DNA of 64,000 nt. Origin: Bugula neritina (taxonomy: Eukaryota > Animalia > Bryozoa). Both the position numbers and the translations under genes were made by a program. Below, piece by piece: positions 26,326 to 41,223 of the stretch. Numbering within the stretch: position 1 is the first letter of the stretch; each line of letters starts with the position of its first letter. Where the stretch lies: NCBI GenBank assembly GCA_964035545.1, contig OZ037766.1, positions 1,860,001-1,924,000 on the forward strand, written 5' to 3'. The notes beneath the pieces are model-generated. The model saw only the letters and a list, made by a program, of their open reading frames with translations. It made no database searches and was not told the DNA's origin.

Positions 26326-27684
26326 GGAATCAAAACGCTGCAAGAGCTGCCAACGATGCTATTCGAACATGTACGACAGCACGCCTACTTGGACTGATGA
26401 CTAGAAAACTGTTACATAATCTACCTGAAGTATAAGAGAAACAGTTGGAATACCAAATTGAAATACTGCCTGCAGCAATTTGCAACACGGCAGGGCAAAT
26501 CATGGATGTTTGAATGTTACTGGAAAACATGCAACGAGTTACAACACAAAGTGTCCAAGCTTCACATTTTGAGAATGGATTTTTCATTGGTGTTTGGAAA
26601 CAGTTGTATGAATGAGACCACAACCATAAGTACATGCAAACTGCAACCACAAATTCATCATATGAGCACCCATACTGCATAATACAAGTCATGGGAATGG
26701 GGTGATTAAGCCAGATGCAATATTATATGTTAGGTTACCTATTGAACACTGAGAGCATGCAGGTAAGACGCAGGTAATGATACTAATCAACAGTATCGTG
26801 AGGTAACATGAGCTAGGACCATCTTGCTATGAAACTGAGTTAACTGATGAAATTCCCTGAATGCTTAGGGAGGACGTTGACATTTACACACATCACTTCT
26901 GTTGCAGACGTTCAACAGCTTGGGTTATCATTATTGACAATAAATTATAAGGAATAGCAATTTCAGCTGTTTGTTATCCACTAATAAGGCAATATCACAC
27001 GTTTATTAATAATTAAATTCAATAATAGTTCTACACAAGTGCAAGTATAATGCCCTTGGATATCTTACAGGCCGGTATATCATATGAAAGGTGATAAAAA
27101 CACTCTATATATCTGCACACTGAGGGTTAAAGACTAGATTTTATATACCTTAGTATTTCTGGGCTGTGATTTACTATACCAAGTGTACAGAGTTCAAGAT
27201 CTTTCTGGAACTGTTAGTTACGAGGCATAACTCCACCATTGTACATGTTCTACATTTCAATTGGTTAACTGAGAAAGATGGGCACTATTGTTATTACTGT
27301 TACACTGTTGTTCCATGGATCCTTCGCAGAAGTTGGATCTTTCGCAGTTGCTTTGGATAATCAGTTGCCTTGTGTACGTTCAGGCTACCGTTCTATAATA
27401 GTCAGGGCTACATTCCTCCGTGGAAATCATATTTATTGAATTGAGTTCTGACTGCTTATCTCATGGAGTTTACGTTATTTCAACAACTTGTAATTATTAT
27501 AATCTTTTACATGTTTGCAATGCATTTCAACACACTAACTCACTATCTTGCCCTGCTAGCAGTTGAAAATGATTATTTCCATCAGTTGACCGAGCTAATA
27601 CTTAATGAACTAGTAGAAAGTCAAAGTGATGACGAAGAATCTGAAGATGACTACGAACCTCCCAGAAAAAGAGCTCGTCACTAG
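26326..27684 (+). pseudogene. Degenerate spliced gene fragment with weak deoxynucleoside-kinase-like motifs and an acidic/NLS tail
   Basis: VIKPDAILYVRLPIEH* just before donor CAG|GTAAGA at ~26763 resembles dNK PD..IYLR; later VENDYFHQLTEL resembles dNK EYL.QL.E and is followed by SDDEESEDDYEPPRKRARH*. All frames of 26326-26762 contain stops and no P-loop is seen. Confidence 0.3.
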
Positions 27685-27954
27685 TGTAAGTCTGTGCTCT
27701 GTATTATTCTATGTACCTTTTCTTTATTGATTATATATATACATATATATAACTATATATGTATATATATATAATTATATATATATATATATATACACAC
27801 ATATTATATATATATATACATATATATATACATATATAACTATGTATATTAATTAATTTGTGTGTATACTGCTATAGTTAGTATAAGTATTACGAAAGAC
27901 ATCAACATGAATATAACAGAGTCTATTATCTACTACTCAGGTGTGGTGTTCACC

Positions 27955-27988
27955 CAGGAGACACAACTCCGATATAAGAAACAAGGCA
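27955..27988 (+). repeat. Interspersed repeat fragment shared with 49996-50030
   Basis: CCAGGAGACACAACTCCGATATAAGAAACAAGGCA versus CCAGGAGACATAACTCCGGTATAAGAAATAAAGCA. Confidence 0.6.
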
Positions 27989-28463
27989 CCACCATATTGA
28001 GGTCTATATATCAGAGCCCAGACACTTGGTAACAAAGAGACCACCAGAAACACCACATCTAGTTGAACATCTGTTAGCATCCAGACAGAACAAAAAGACC
28101 TGAGCTACATAAGAGTGCTAAAAGTGAGTGATTAGTAATGGTAGAAGACTGAACAATAGACAAGGGCCGGTATTTATTGCCTAATTCCACCAACCAACGA
28201 GCAAACAAAGAGCATGTGCCTGGTCACCTAGAGGAAGCTGTAGGTGTCATATACCATCAGAAAAATAAGGAAATGAGAAGTAGGAAATCTGAAATTTATT
28301 TATTGAGCCGGTTTTTGCTTACTAATCATGAAATTGAGCTTTTTTGCTGAGCCATAATATAATATTTAGAAATTGTATTCAAATATATTTAGTTGAACTG
28401 AGAGTTCCATACTGAAACTAGAGGGTGGAGTTGCCGAGTTGTGTAAGAAAATAATTAGTCCCA

Positions 28464-28548
28464 ATCTGCATATATTATGTTATCTGCATATATTATGTTA
28501 TCTGCATATATTATGTTACCTGCATATTATGTTATCTGCTTATATTAT
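28464..28548. repeat. 18-bp tandem repeat ATCTGCATATATTATGTT, ~4.5 copies
   Basis: Visible tandem array. Confidence 0.85.
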
Positions 28549-29375
28549 GAGTTGCAGAGAGTAGAGTGAACCAGTTGTATCATTTAGGTAAAGGCAGCAA
28601 TTTTCAATTAGATTAATTAAGAATTAAGTGCAATCATTATATAAACAATAACTTGGTACTGATATCTCTTCTTTCTCATTAAATAACCAACATTATTCAA
28701 TTCACCAATAAAAGAAGTTTCAGATGGGGGATAGTCTAAATTCTCAGACCTAGACTAGCCAATAACAAATGTGATTTCCAGCATCACTGTCCCTGCTCCC
28801 CATTGGTCACATCAGACTGTCCTTGTGTCTCATTGGTCACCCCAGACTGTGAAAGTTGATCAATAGTTTGATGGCATTTCCTTGAAGCTGGGAAGTTGAA
28901 TGATATTTGTCACTTTGGCTTTATCTGTAGTTACTTTATCTACAGTGACTTCACCTACAGTGACTTTACCTGCAGTGGTTTTACCTACAGTGGTTTTACC
29001 TCTACACAGAACTGATATCTAAAATTCTTAAGCTGATCTAATTTTAAACTTGTTTTCAGTTCCAAGAACCACTGAAAACAAATTATGATGGCCTCATTCA
29101 CACACATTTCTTTACACCCAGTCACAATCAAGTCAAGACTAAACTGTTTGTTTATTGTTTTGAAACTAAATCAACTTGGCTAAGATAAGCAAAACAACCA
29201 GCAAAGCAATGGGTTATGCCACTATGCTTTAAAAGACTGTTGATAGCTTTCCTGTCTTTGACTGCAAAATGCTCTTTTTTGTAAAGGAGGTAAGAAAAAG
29301 CAGTTCAAGAGTGCATTGCGTAGTTTTATCAATTCTTTGTACAATAAATTCTGAACTCAACTTTATGTTTTGGCT

Positions 29376-29480
29376 GGGTAAGTGAAGTAAGAATAGCAAG
29401 GGTAAGTGCAGTAAGAGTAAGTACAGTAAGAGTAAGTACAGTAAGAATAAGTACAGTAAGAATAAGTACAGTAAGAGTAC
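29376..29480. repeat. 15-bp tandem repeat GTAAGTACAGTAAGA
   Basis: Visible array; explains the LLLYL ORF 29229-29486. Confidence 0.8.
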
Positions 29481-31220
29481 GTGCATGGCAGAAGCATTGA
29501 TTCAAGCTTTAACAGTTTACACCTGATTTAGCTAAAACAAGACCACTACAAGCAGGAGACTGTAAAGAAACGACCATTCAAATAGATTTGCAAAGGCGAG
29601 TCTAGTGTGAGAGAAGAAGTTGCTGCAGCAGATGTTAATGCTACTTTCATTCACTCTGTTTATTTAATAGAACTCCAAGCTGTGTAAGATTGGGTTTCAA
29701 AAAGCAAATGATAATAGATGTTTGTTTGTAATGTAAGGCTGTACACAATATTGTGTAAGGCAAGTAATTACATATTCCCTACGAGTGAACATATCCCGCC
29801 TACAAGCATCCATGTTGGGTCATCTTCGGAAGTTGCATTGATCTCAAACTCATTCCCTAACCTCTATTGCAAAGGTTACCTATAATTGTTTAACAATTAC
29901 ATTAATTACCTACATAGACATACAACCTATGTGATTCTAATACCTACCAGAGTTTATGTATTCAAAATCCACTTACTGCATATATGCATTAGCATCCACT
30001 CTGTTCTTGCAATAAGTGGTCAATAGCTATTTATAGACAGTCAAAAAAGTATTGGGAATTCTATTTTTAGATTTCTATTTTTACATTGCAGGCAAACTGC
30101 CACTTTCTGTTTATTTATGCACTGGACTTCCTTCAAAGCAACAAAAAAGTTTCCAAGATGGCATTGAAATACGACATCTTCGTAAGTAGGAAATTTGATG
30201 AGGGAAAAAAGATTCAAAAGTTCCTGAAACAGTCGATTTCCCAAAACCCACTTGAAGGGCAATATGATCACATGGTACACATAGATAAGCTAGGAATTCA
30301 GCATATCAAAGGGAGATAATCCTTAAGTAGGTGTTACATATCCTAATAACAAACAACTAATATCTGTGGGTATTCCATATTCAAGATGGCAACAATTTTG
30401 GGTTTGGAACTAAAGGTTTGGGTTTGGGAGAAGATGGATGGTGACAGGTGAAGAAGCATGTAGAAAATGGAGCAGCTTGTTTTTACTAACCACTTGATTA
30501 AGTTACTGGGATTACATCATAATGTTTATTAATAGGATAATAACTTAACTGACCTATGAAAGACTTGTTTATACCAAACAAGGTGGTTGACCCATGTGGC
30601 CAGTTTGTTATTGCTGCATACTTTCAGCAGAGTAAAAATATTTTGCACCCAAAGACTATATCCAACAGTTATAACACATTGCTACTGAATGGCTGTTTTC
30701 GTGCTACAGCTATTACTATTGGCTAGTTTCTGAGTAAATAAATAGTCGTGTATAGTTTGCAGTAAAAACGTAAACAAGCAGAGTTCAACCGCAGGGTGGT
30801 CACGTGATTCACACAGTGGTAATCAGTGCTGTATGAGGCACGCACACTAGAGTGCACCTGCCCAAAGTATCACAATAGTCACATGTCAAAGTGACACTAA
30901 CATCAACCCATGGTGATTTTATTTTGTGCGCTTAATTCCTCAAATAATTACATCATTTGAACATGGGGTTAATTTTTATGCTTTATAGCATTGCATTGTA
31001 CTCAACAGTGAAATTAGCAAAAAACTAGAGATTGCAAAATTACTGTTAGTAATGATTTTGTATTTCTATGAGGGGGGAGAATGTTATAAAAACTATTACC
31101 CACACATCCACCACTTAGCAGTTCTCTATTGTGATTAATAGGACTATAATAACAATAAAAAGCTACCAATTTAGTGTTTATTTAGCACTGTCAAGTTATA
31201 GTCAGTTGTCTGTTGATGAC

Positions 31221-31342
31221 TGACTATATAAGTTATATATTATGTGTTTAGTTGACTATATAAGTTATATATTATGTGTTTAGTTGACTATATAAGTTAT
31301 ATATTATGTGTTTAGTTGACTATATAAGTTATATATTATGTG
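31221..31342. repeat. 32-bp tandem repeat, ~3.7 copies
   Basis: TGACTATATAAGTTATATATTATGTGTTTAGT starts at 31221, 31253, 31285 and 31317. Confidence 0.9.
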
Positions 31343-33831
31343 CTTTGTTGCATTGTTCCCAGCCTATGCAACAGTAGAATGTGGTTATTATTTGGTAGGA
31401 CAATGTGTGACACAGCACTTTCTTCCTGTGTACATGCGTTGCTATGACAACAGCTTCTAAAATTGCCATAGTGATATTTATAAACACACCCTAAAGAGGA
31501 AATCAGTGAAATTTGAGACATATTTTTAGTTGAAAGCTCAAGGAGTTGTAGCAAAACCATCCACAAACTCTCACCAGTTGAAGGAAATGTAAATATTCAA
31601 GCTTAATCAATCTATACAACTTTTCTAATTCTTCAACAAAGTTTCTAAAAAAACCAAGCTTCCAGACCAACTTTTACGGCTGCCAATAAAATCCATACTC
31701 ATTACTATATATAGTGACCCGTGACATTATAACGTAAATATTACATGGTCTTGGGTTACTGATGAGAAATATAACCTTTGGGCCACTTAACACACAATAA
31801 TCCTTGGGTTAGTAGGCCACACCACCCCTAAAGTCAATTGATACCAACTCTAACATGACTACGGCCAAATAGAACTTTATATTTATTATATTTCCAATAA
31901 AACAAACCTTTGCAACCTTTAGAGACTTGTCAGCATAAGGAGGTGGCAGGGGAGAGTAGGATTGAGCCAGGAGGATTGGAGCCAGCCTTTCAGCATGTTT
32001 CTTCACATACTACAATGTATACCAGAGTCAGTTTGATCAGTCTAAGTGATTAGGGCAGTAATATCAGTCTATCATCAGACGAGTGAATTAGAAACATTCC
32101 TTATATCTGGTGTAACATATTTGAGCTCATCTGTGTACTAACTCTTACGACTTGCGAAGATCTACATTACAAATAGATGTTTTCTACATTCTGGTGGCGT
32201 AATGTTGTCACAAATCTCGGTACAACTTGGAGTTTAGTAAAGCAGTATTACTAACAGCTGGCAAATCAGTAGAGATAGACTACAATACACTCCCTAGGGC
32301 CTAGAGCCCTAAGCTAATCTTCAATTTAGTGGTGAACTAGGAAATGAAGGGCTTTATAGTAATACTTCACCAACACGTGTTACATAATCAAGTAATGGGG
32401 GGGGGATATTAATGTGCAGGGAAGTGCAAACAAAGAACAAATGGCAGTGAGTTATATTCACAAATGATTCCAGAGTACCCAATTTCTACTTCATCCTGGC
32501 ACAACTTTGGTGTTAAAGGACTCCTATAACCTGACAAGAGGGGGGGGGGTGTGGACAGATACAGTAGCATTGGGAGGGACACATGATTACACAACATCTT
32601 AAGGATTACAGAGATGATGGGTCAACGTCTTGAACCCCTTATGGATAATCCGAATATACCAACACAAGCAAAGCTGTACCAGCAAAACTCAAAGAGAGGC
32701 TTGACTTGATGAATCAGGCCGGCTTAATAGAACTCCACTACGACTGAGAAGAAACTCAAGTTGAAAGAGATGGCCATTAGAGTTGCAGAGACTGGAAGTA
32801 TTAAGGTAATGGGAACCCATCAAGTAGAGGAAGTATGGCAATCGCCAGATACTTCAGATCGTCAGCTGGTTAGTGCCGAGGGAATGGTAATAGTATGTAC
32901 ACCCTGCAATAAATCATACCGCTTTCCGGAATCATCTATCCATTTCACGTTCCTTAGAAAAACTCTGGGATAAAAATAAACCACATTTGCACTATCGCCA
33001 CAATCTTGTGTGAGAGAGTGGAGAACATAGCCTTTGCAACACTGCTACGGTTTAGGAGAGCTGGTAGAGTGTCTCGAGCCAAAATTGGTAAAAATTGAGA
33101 GAACTCAGGTTATTTTTCTTAAATATCTACAATTTTTGAGAAGTTATAGCTGTGGGAGGGGATGTATAACCTCTCAGCAGCATCTAGAAAGGATCCTTCT
33201 AGAAATATACCTGCTCCATTACAATATAAAACCCCAAGTCTCTCTACTATCAGCTCTACTATCAGCTCTACTATCAGCTCTCAGTTTGTCAGTTTTTACT
33301 AAATAAAAAAAGAAAATACAACACAGCACAATTACAAGATATTTCAACAGACAATTGCACAGCATTTCAATAGTAGGCCCATACATCATTTCAGCTGGTG
33401 ATGCAAACAATGAGCTTGCAAAACATGGATGTGCTTCCTACCAGCAACGAATAGGAGCAGATTTCAAGTTTGGAACTGATGCAAAGCCATTTCAGCTTGT
33501 TGACAAAATCTCTACTACTTCACTAATGACAAGCTAATTGATTTTTCCAACTTACAATGGACAGAGTAATAACAAGTTATTGCAGGAAATTACCAAGTCA
33601 ACAAAACACTGGACAAGTTAAGGGCAGAGGGTTAGTTGACAACAACTTAACTACAAAGTTGGTGCGGTGATGGAGAAATTGGGAAAAGCCCGTGTTCTAG
33701 ATGGAGAATGTAGAAAACAAAGTATGTTTTTGTGAGAATCCAAACCCAAGTCAAGCATAAAAATTCCTAAATAGCAGCAAAGGACTTAGGCTATTATAAT
33801 TTTAGAGTTGAGTCACAAGTAAACAATAAAC

Positions 33832-34266
33832 ATTCCTACTCGTATAGCCCTAGTATTCCTACTCATATAGCCCTAGTATTCCTACTCATATAGCCCTAGT
33901 ATTCCTACTCATATAGCCCTAGTATTCCTACTCATATAGCCCTAGTATTCCTACTCATATAGCCCTAGTATTCCTACTCATATAGCCCTAGTATTCCTAC
34001 TCATATAGCCCTAGTATTCCTACTCATATAGCCCTAGTATTCCTACTCATATAGCCCTAGTATTCCTACTCATATAGCCCTAGTATTCCTACTCATATAG
34101 CCCTAGTATTCCTACTCATATAGCCCTAGTATTCCTACTCGTATAGCCCTAGTATTCCTACTCATATAGCCCTAGTATTCCTACTCATATAGCCCTAGTA
34201 CTCCTACTCATATAGCCCTAGTATTCCTACTCATATAGCCCAAGTATTCCTACTCATATAGCCCTA
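33832..34266. repeat. 23-bp minisatellite ATTCCTACTCATATAGCCCTAGT, ~19 copies
   Basis: Near-perfect visible array. Confidence 0.95.
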
Positions 34267-34936
34267 ACCTTACACAAACTAGACTGCTAAAATAATCTAA
34301 AACAAGGATTAGGTAGGGAACATTAAACTGAGTATAATACGAGATGGAAAAGAGCTGCCACTTAGGTGATAACATGACAGGAGAACAGCTGTTGGGACTG
34401 GCTAGAGTAGTTACAATAAACTATGAATGTAAAAGACAAAGGGCAGCTTATCTCAACTGCATGTTTTATTTCTGCATGAAACAGCCGAGCTCATTCACAC
34501 CGGCCTTTGTTAGCTAGCCGAGACATTCCTTTTATCAGCTTTAATTTACTGTTGAATTTTGCAGGCAGGTGTTACAGACTTTCTCTGATCTTATCACTAG
34601 CCTATGGGTTATAAATGTAGTACCTAACTGCACATTCAGCAGTGCTAAGGCTATACTAGGAAGGAAACCTTAGGCTTGGAACATCTCAACTCTATAAGTC
34701 ACCCAACAACATAAAAAGACCAAGCATTGATAATTATTGTCTACAGCGTGGCATACCATTACAATAGTGCTTGTCATGTCCTGCAGCTAAATTATATATA
34801 AATATTATTGTGGTTTCTTTGTATCAGCAAATCATGAAAGTACTCAGTTTCTACTCTGTGAAGTCATGTTAACCTACTCACTGTTCATACTTGGGGGTAG
34901 TTAATCTCAATTCCACTACTATTCATACTCACTAAA

Positions 34937-35138
34937 GTTTATAGTCACTATCCCTGTGAGAAAACCCCTGGTGGAAAGGTTTTTGTTTAAATCAGGCTAA
35001 GGACTTATTCAAATAAGGCACAGGAGCAATTATGACTGGATGCTCTTCCTAACATCACCAATGGCCTTTGCCTGGGCTCCAGCCCATGACCTTCATGCTT
35101 ACTAGGCAACGCTATAACCCCTAGACCCCGGCTGCTCC
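34937..35138 (-). mobile_element. tRNA-derived SINE with V-SINE-like central domain (copy 2, near full length)
   Basis: On -: GGAGCAGCCGGGGTCTAGGGGTTATAGCG...GGGCTGGAGCCC (A-box-like and degenerate B-box), then GGTGATGTTAGGAAGAGCATCCAGTC, then the tail shared with 12419-12657. Confidence 0.78.
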
Positions 35139-38100
35139 ATAACTCCACCACTGTTAATACTTGGGGGTATTCACAGCTCCTAAGACAAACCCTCCCCCCC
35201 TTCACACTGCCCCAAACCAGTGCTGACATAGAAGATTACAGGCTGAAGGAACAGTATATGACATGTGAGAACACAACTCCCATCTACATTTCATTTGCAT
35301 AAAATATTTGTTCAGTCAAGCGTGGCAAGTGAGACAAGAATGACTATTTTTGGACCGAACTTCAAAAAAATATTTTAATCCACAGAATTTCACAATATTT
35401 CATACGTTAGTAAGCTATTAATAGCTCGACACTGTTATTTAAAACCATAACGCTACAGTTAGCTAGAACAACAGGTAACTTTAATAAACAGCTATGTCTC
35501 AGTATGCACGCTTCTTTACTATCTGGTTTGTATCATGTGACCTTTTAATGCCAGTTACATTATCCTGGGGCCTATTATACCCTGTGTCAGTGCAGTTTGT
35601 ACATATACAGTACAGGTTAAAGGTTGCGGGAGACTTCCACCAACCTCCCTCCAAACAATCCCCACAGAAGCAAATAGCTGCAGCTAGTGCCCAACTGGTG
35701 CATAGTTTGACCTCAGTAGAGATATTCCAGTATTTTCTTTAATGAGTTAAGTATCAATTTTTGCGGACAGTCAGTATACTTTTCCTGGTATAAAACACAG
35801 TTTAGTGTCTTCTAGTTGGTTTTACTCTACAAAGTCTTAAGGTACACATGTAATAAGTTGCTAAAACACAAACAGTTCTTCAGACAATCAATTCAGGTGT
35901 CTTTGGTATTCCTGTAACTGCTCCAAACACTAGTTGATAAGGGAATTGAACTTTAGACCTAGAACTTAGTACGCATCATGAACACCCTAAAGGGCTAGAG
36001 TACTACAGCGCCAACTTGTATATTTCATAAATTTTTTAGAACTTGTGATGTATGAAGAAAGTACAGAGTAAAGAAGATGTCATCTATACAGCTCTGAAGG
36101 CATTTTCCTTGTTTAAGTACTAGAAATGTTGAGTCTAGCTGAGTTTAACTTACAGTGTTAACTCACTGTACAGTGTACAATCTAAAACTTGTAGGTGACT
36201 ACATTCATGGCACACTTTGGTCTAGTATATTGTGGAATTTCTCTGTCATGTCGACGTCTTGCTAATCTCTTCCACAACTGGTGAACAGTGAGTCCAACTA
36301 ACACCATTTTGACCACAAATGAGGCGCTAGACAATGCATGATGCAAGCAGAGGGGACAGAAGTAACACCTTAACGTAAGGCTGGGGAGGAAGTGAACAGA
36401 CTTGTACGTCAATCAAATGTAGCCTTACTGTTGCCTAGCAACAGCTGCGGCAATCCCACTGCAACTTGGTGACTAAAGACTTCCACCTGCAGAATGCTGT
36501 AATCCCGGGCAGACTTCATGCCTGGCAGAAGCTCTTTGGCCAGGGAGATTTCATGCTCCAGCTAGTGAGTAATTAATGCCGTAAAATTTGGGTGCCTTTT
36601 CAAAGTAATTACGACTAACCTGGTCTAAGAAATCCCGGACATCCTGCCGACCAATCTTCTCACACACTTCCCCTGCGGTTAACTTCTCCTAAAAAATACA
36701 GATAGGTAAAGATTCCATTAGAGTGAATGGAAAGATGTCTGAAACAGTTTCAACTGTGTAACACTCATTGAAAGAGAGTCCATCTATTAACATATCAGCC
36801 GCTATAAGGGAAGGTGGTGAAGGCGAGAACTTGGGGGCAAGAAAGAAGTATATAACTAGCATATGACACAGGGGAGAGTGAGTGAATGAGTAGATGAGTG
36901 AGTAGGTGAGTGAGTGATAGTGAGTGATAGTGAGTGTATCGGTTAGTAAAGGACTGGCAGAAGACTAAGTGACGTAGCCAATCTCCCTTGCAGCAATAGT
37001 ATCAGTATAGGGACAGTAAAGTAGCCCCAGATCAAAGCATACCCACAGTAACTACTAGCTATTAACTCTCATCAAGGAGGTAATAACTGGTATAGTAATC
37101 AGGTAGCTTTACAGTCTTCCTACACTTGGAACTTCTGCCAACAAACACTAGCAGCTCAAACCAACTTAGACAGGTCTTAGTAAAAACAAAACCAGAATGT
37201 AGTAGACATAGTCGACAGCTCAGTAATAATACTCATTAGGGACTAAATGGAAATTTTTGCTTAACTTAGGTTTTTAACTTTTAGCTGAAAACTTGCATTG
37301 AGATGGGAGTATTTGGCCTCCACCTCCAAGTAGCCAAATCTTTACTCAACAAATATCCACTAGTACAAATTTCTAGAAATTCTACCCTCAGTACACGCTG
37401 CCTGCTTAATAATAACCGCTGACAAGTGAAAGGGAGAAGTGAATCATCTAGTAGCAGCAAGATGGAGGATTTACCCCTGGCCTCATTAGCTCATCAGAAT
37501 GCTGTATCTAAGTACGTAACCTCAATTATTTGTCAGGGGTTTGTATGGGTGGAGAAGTGTTTAAAACATATATGATTACGTAGGCTTTTCCTACACTGAG
37601 TTACAATATTAATTAGATTGGTTATTATTAGAAAAATACACTTCAATCCCAGATTGGTGAGTAATTCAATGGGAATATATTTAATATTTATATATCGTAG
37701 GCAAGAGAGTAGGTGGTGGGACTCAGGATACAGGAAGTTGTGTCACAGTTACTGAAACAAGGGGGAGCTTCGTGATGGATATTATAATAGAGCATAGAGT
37801 TTACCAAGTGGACAGAAATTATGTAACTGTAAACTATTCAAGCAGTCATTAAATTCTGGTGCCTAGAATTCTGGCAGTTAAAAGTCTTGTCATATGGATC
37901 ATGCTTAGCCAGCCTTGTGTGCAGGATAGCTCTGTATGGCCAGAAGTGAGTGCAAGATTCTACATTCACTCAGACTATATACAATATACAAGTCATTATT
38001 TATGAACAGAAATGGGATGCAACAGCTTTACTATAGATATCAAACTGGGCGTGACTTATATAAGAGTCTCTGTGACCTACACCAGTATGTGTGTGTGACT

Positions 38101-41100
38101 AACACCAGTATGTGTGTGACTAAATATTAGATCACATTGGTATAGTTTCAACTTATATCAACATCAGTGTGACCTATAAAAACAATATTATACTTACACA
38201 AGTATTTGCCATATATAGTAAGAGTATGACCTATATAAGTGAGAGTCTGACCTATATAGGGTCCAGCACTTACCACATTCCTCCTAGCCAGTGTATAGCC
38301 CTCTGTCTGATTCACAACCCACTCAATAAAGTGTAGGGAGGCCCCATGGATGATGGCTCTAATCAAAGCTGTGTTGCCTTCCTACAACCAAATGCTAGGA
38401 AAATAAAAACCAAACATTCTACAGAAAATCATCCCATTGACCTCCACAGAACATAAACTCGTATTTGTGCAGAGTTACTGGAGCTCAGTTATTAAGGGGT
38501 CTCATTTTAAAGCCTTGAGGGAAATGCATTAGCATAGAAGAATTTAAGCGCATTCCACACACCTAGGTTTTGAATATTCCAACAAAACACATCAAATATT
38601 TCTTTTATCCCAACAACTAGTGGTGGTGATAGGAAAATTTTACTTGAAGCTGTACTTTTAGCTGTTATCAAAGATCAGTAGATGAACCCTGGGGATTCTA
38701 AATAGACTTGTAGGGCTTGGTTCGAACTTGCAGTAAATTACTATTATAGGTACATCCATTATGTCACGTATGCGAACAGCCTTGCATACTGTAACTATCA
38801 TATCAGATTAGTTAATATATAGAAACATCCTTAGCACAATCAGCTTGCAGGATATGCTTTGTACTGTTTATTTAATATTCTACATTGTGAGGAGCAGCAG
38901 ATGCAAACTAATTAGTGACAATAAGTTGAAAACTTGCATTCATTTCTCCTTTTTTGTGATGTAAATTACCTTCAAATATTAAAAAGTTATAGAACAATCT
39001 AGTCTCAAAATCAGCTTCAAAAGACTGATATTAAAGGCATAAAAATTCATTATTACATCACAAAGTGTAATAAAATCCTAAAAATTGTGTCTAATAGAAT
39101 TACAAGACTGCCTGGAAGTTATTTTACTACCTAAAGACATTTAACATGGAAGCCATTGCCCACTTCCTAGTATGAGAAATACCGGCAGTTTTGATTTTTG
39201 ATTTCTTATTTAATTTATATCATCTCTTCACTTGGAGCGAAGTTGATGAAGATTTAGAAAACTCCAAACTTCTAAAATTCACACTTAGCTAGACATGTCC
39301 ACCACTGAGTGTTTGGGAATTAGACTAGGTGCTCTGGGAACCACCCACTGATAGGTGGGCAGAGGGTACTCCCCCTTCTACATTCTTAGCTGCTAACTAC
39401 CCCCACACAAGATGAGTGTCCTATCTCCAGCCAATCAGGCAACGGATGTTCTAAGGAATTAATTAGTTTATTTCTATTGATTTTTATTTGATACTAAAAG
39501 AAAAGTATGCATGTCTACTTTTGGTCTCTGAAGAATTAAGTTTTATAATTTTCCAGCTGAAATCAGATGAGTAGACTAGTCAAACACTGATGCTAATTTA
39601 TTTCTGGAAACTCTTATATAAAGATGAATCTCAGCACATTAACTTTCTCCAACAAGCACTTTTGTTCAAGTCATTCATGAAAAGAAGATATTAACAGAGA
39701 ACTATTTGGTTAGTAATTAGTACAGCTGATGAGACAAACATAGACTTGCAAACCTCCCTCCCTAGGAAGGGGGGGTTGTACAGCCTCCCTCCCTCCCTAG
39801 GGGGAGGTAGGCCTTAGTTTGTGAAGATAAACCTTCAGCAAGGTGAAGCTAAGGCAAGTCTACTTCACTGTCTCTACGCCCTTTTCATTGGCCAATATCT
39901 ACTCTATTTCTATTTTGGCAGCGAATTTTTTAAACAAGAAAACTTGACAACCCACACTTCTATCCTCAGGGGCAGCACAACCCCCCCCCCTTATCTTGTG
40001 AGCCAATCAGCACATGGCTTGACCTCTGGCAGCATTCCTTAAGAGTTAAAATGGTGCAAGATCAGAGCTCTTTGAGTCCGGAGACCAGATTTATACTATC
40101 AGCAGCATAACAAGTTTACAATGTTGGTTCTATTGTACAGCTAATGATGGTAAACTGAACCACTAAAACTCCTGTCAAAGGGACTGTTTCCAGTCAAACT
40201 AAACCAACCTGCCACAGAGTAATCACAGCTATAGATTGATTATAAGAGGGGCCCAACACCAACCCTTAAGCATATTTCAAGAGAGATTTCGTTGAAACGG
40301 CTGTTTAAAGACTGCAAAGGAATTACAAGTTAATTGCATTATTCAGGGTACATTGCAGGGCCTTCAACTACTGCTTGCACAGTTAACGCTTGGTACATGA
40401 ACTTGGAATATAAATGTTACGCAAAGTTTTGTTTTTAAAGCTTTATTTTTTATTTCATTAAAGTACCTTTAAGCAATCCTGACTGAAACATAATTGGCAA
40501 AATAATTTGCATTACACAAGTTTTGTCATCACCCACATTTCTGTTGTTTCCGTTTGAGGTTCTGGGAGAATGACCTTCACCTAAACTACTTTATGTTACT
40601 TATTGGCCCAGCTATTCCATCAACTTGTATCTAAGTGAGCAGTTACTGTAATATTAAGACACTTTGCAGCACATGCAGCTAAGATGAGTGAGCATATGGC
40701 ATACTTTGACATCAAGCCTTGCACAAGTCCAACGTACACTAATGACACTAGGATACAACTATTGTTTACTTGCTGTAAAAACAAACCACAAGCCGTGTAC
40801 ATCTGCCCCCTGTGTATTTAGCTATTATAATTTCAATACAGAAATGAAATTTGAGAGTTAATTAAGCAATTGCTATGAATGCTTTTGAAGAGCTGGGTTC
40901 TTTGTTTGGGAGGCAAGCCAGCCAAGAGGTGGCAATACAAAAATAGCAACATCGGCTAGTATGATACTGTTAGAGAGCTTGGGTTACCTAGCACATCTTA
41001 CATCACACTGCATACTGTAGGGAAACAGAACTTTGATTCACTTAATCTTACATAATGTATTCCATTTCAACACTTAACTTGGAATAGGTTTTGCTGAGGC

Positions 41101-41223
41101 ATATGCAAAGTGGATGCAGTAATTTTCCAGTTCTCTATAGTAAGGATTAGGTGGTAGATGACCTCTAAAGTGTGAATTAACTACCCAAAATAGATCTCTA
41201 TATGCCACCAGCATGGGCGGTGT

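Noticed and set aside
27122-27130. AGGGTTAA, a piggyBac-like right end
   Set aside because: No matching TTAACCCT left end nearby.
32660-32973. VPAKLKERLDLMNQAGLIE, reminiscent of the Gypsy pre-RT helix, and ORF 32761-32973
   Set aside because: No downstream RT motifs in any frame that I could read; too short to support a call.
33832-34266. CRISPR-like appearance of the 21-25 bp arrays (also 10696-11288, 41224-42445, 46453-46700)
   Set aside because: Units are head-to-tail with no unique spacers, there are no cas genes, and the context is eukaryotic.
38719-38730. GGTTCGAAC B-box-like motif suggesting a tRNA
   Set aside because: No A-box or cloverleaf stems around it; no tRNA or rRNA gene is supportable in this window.
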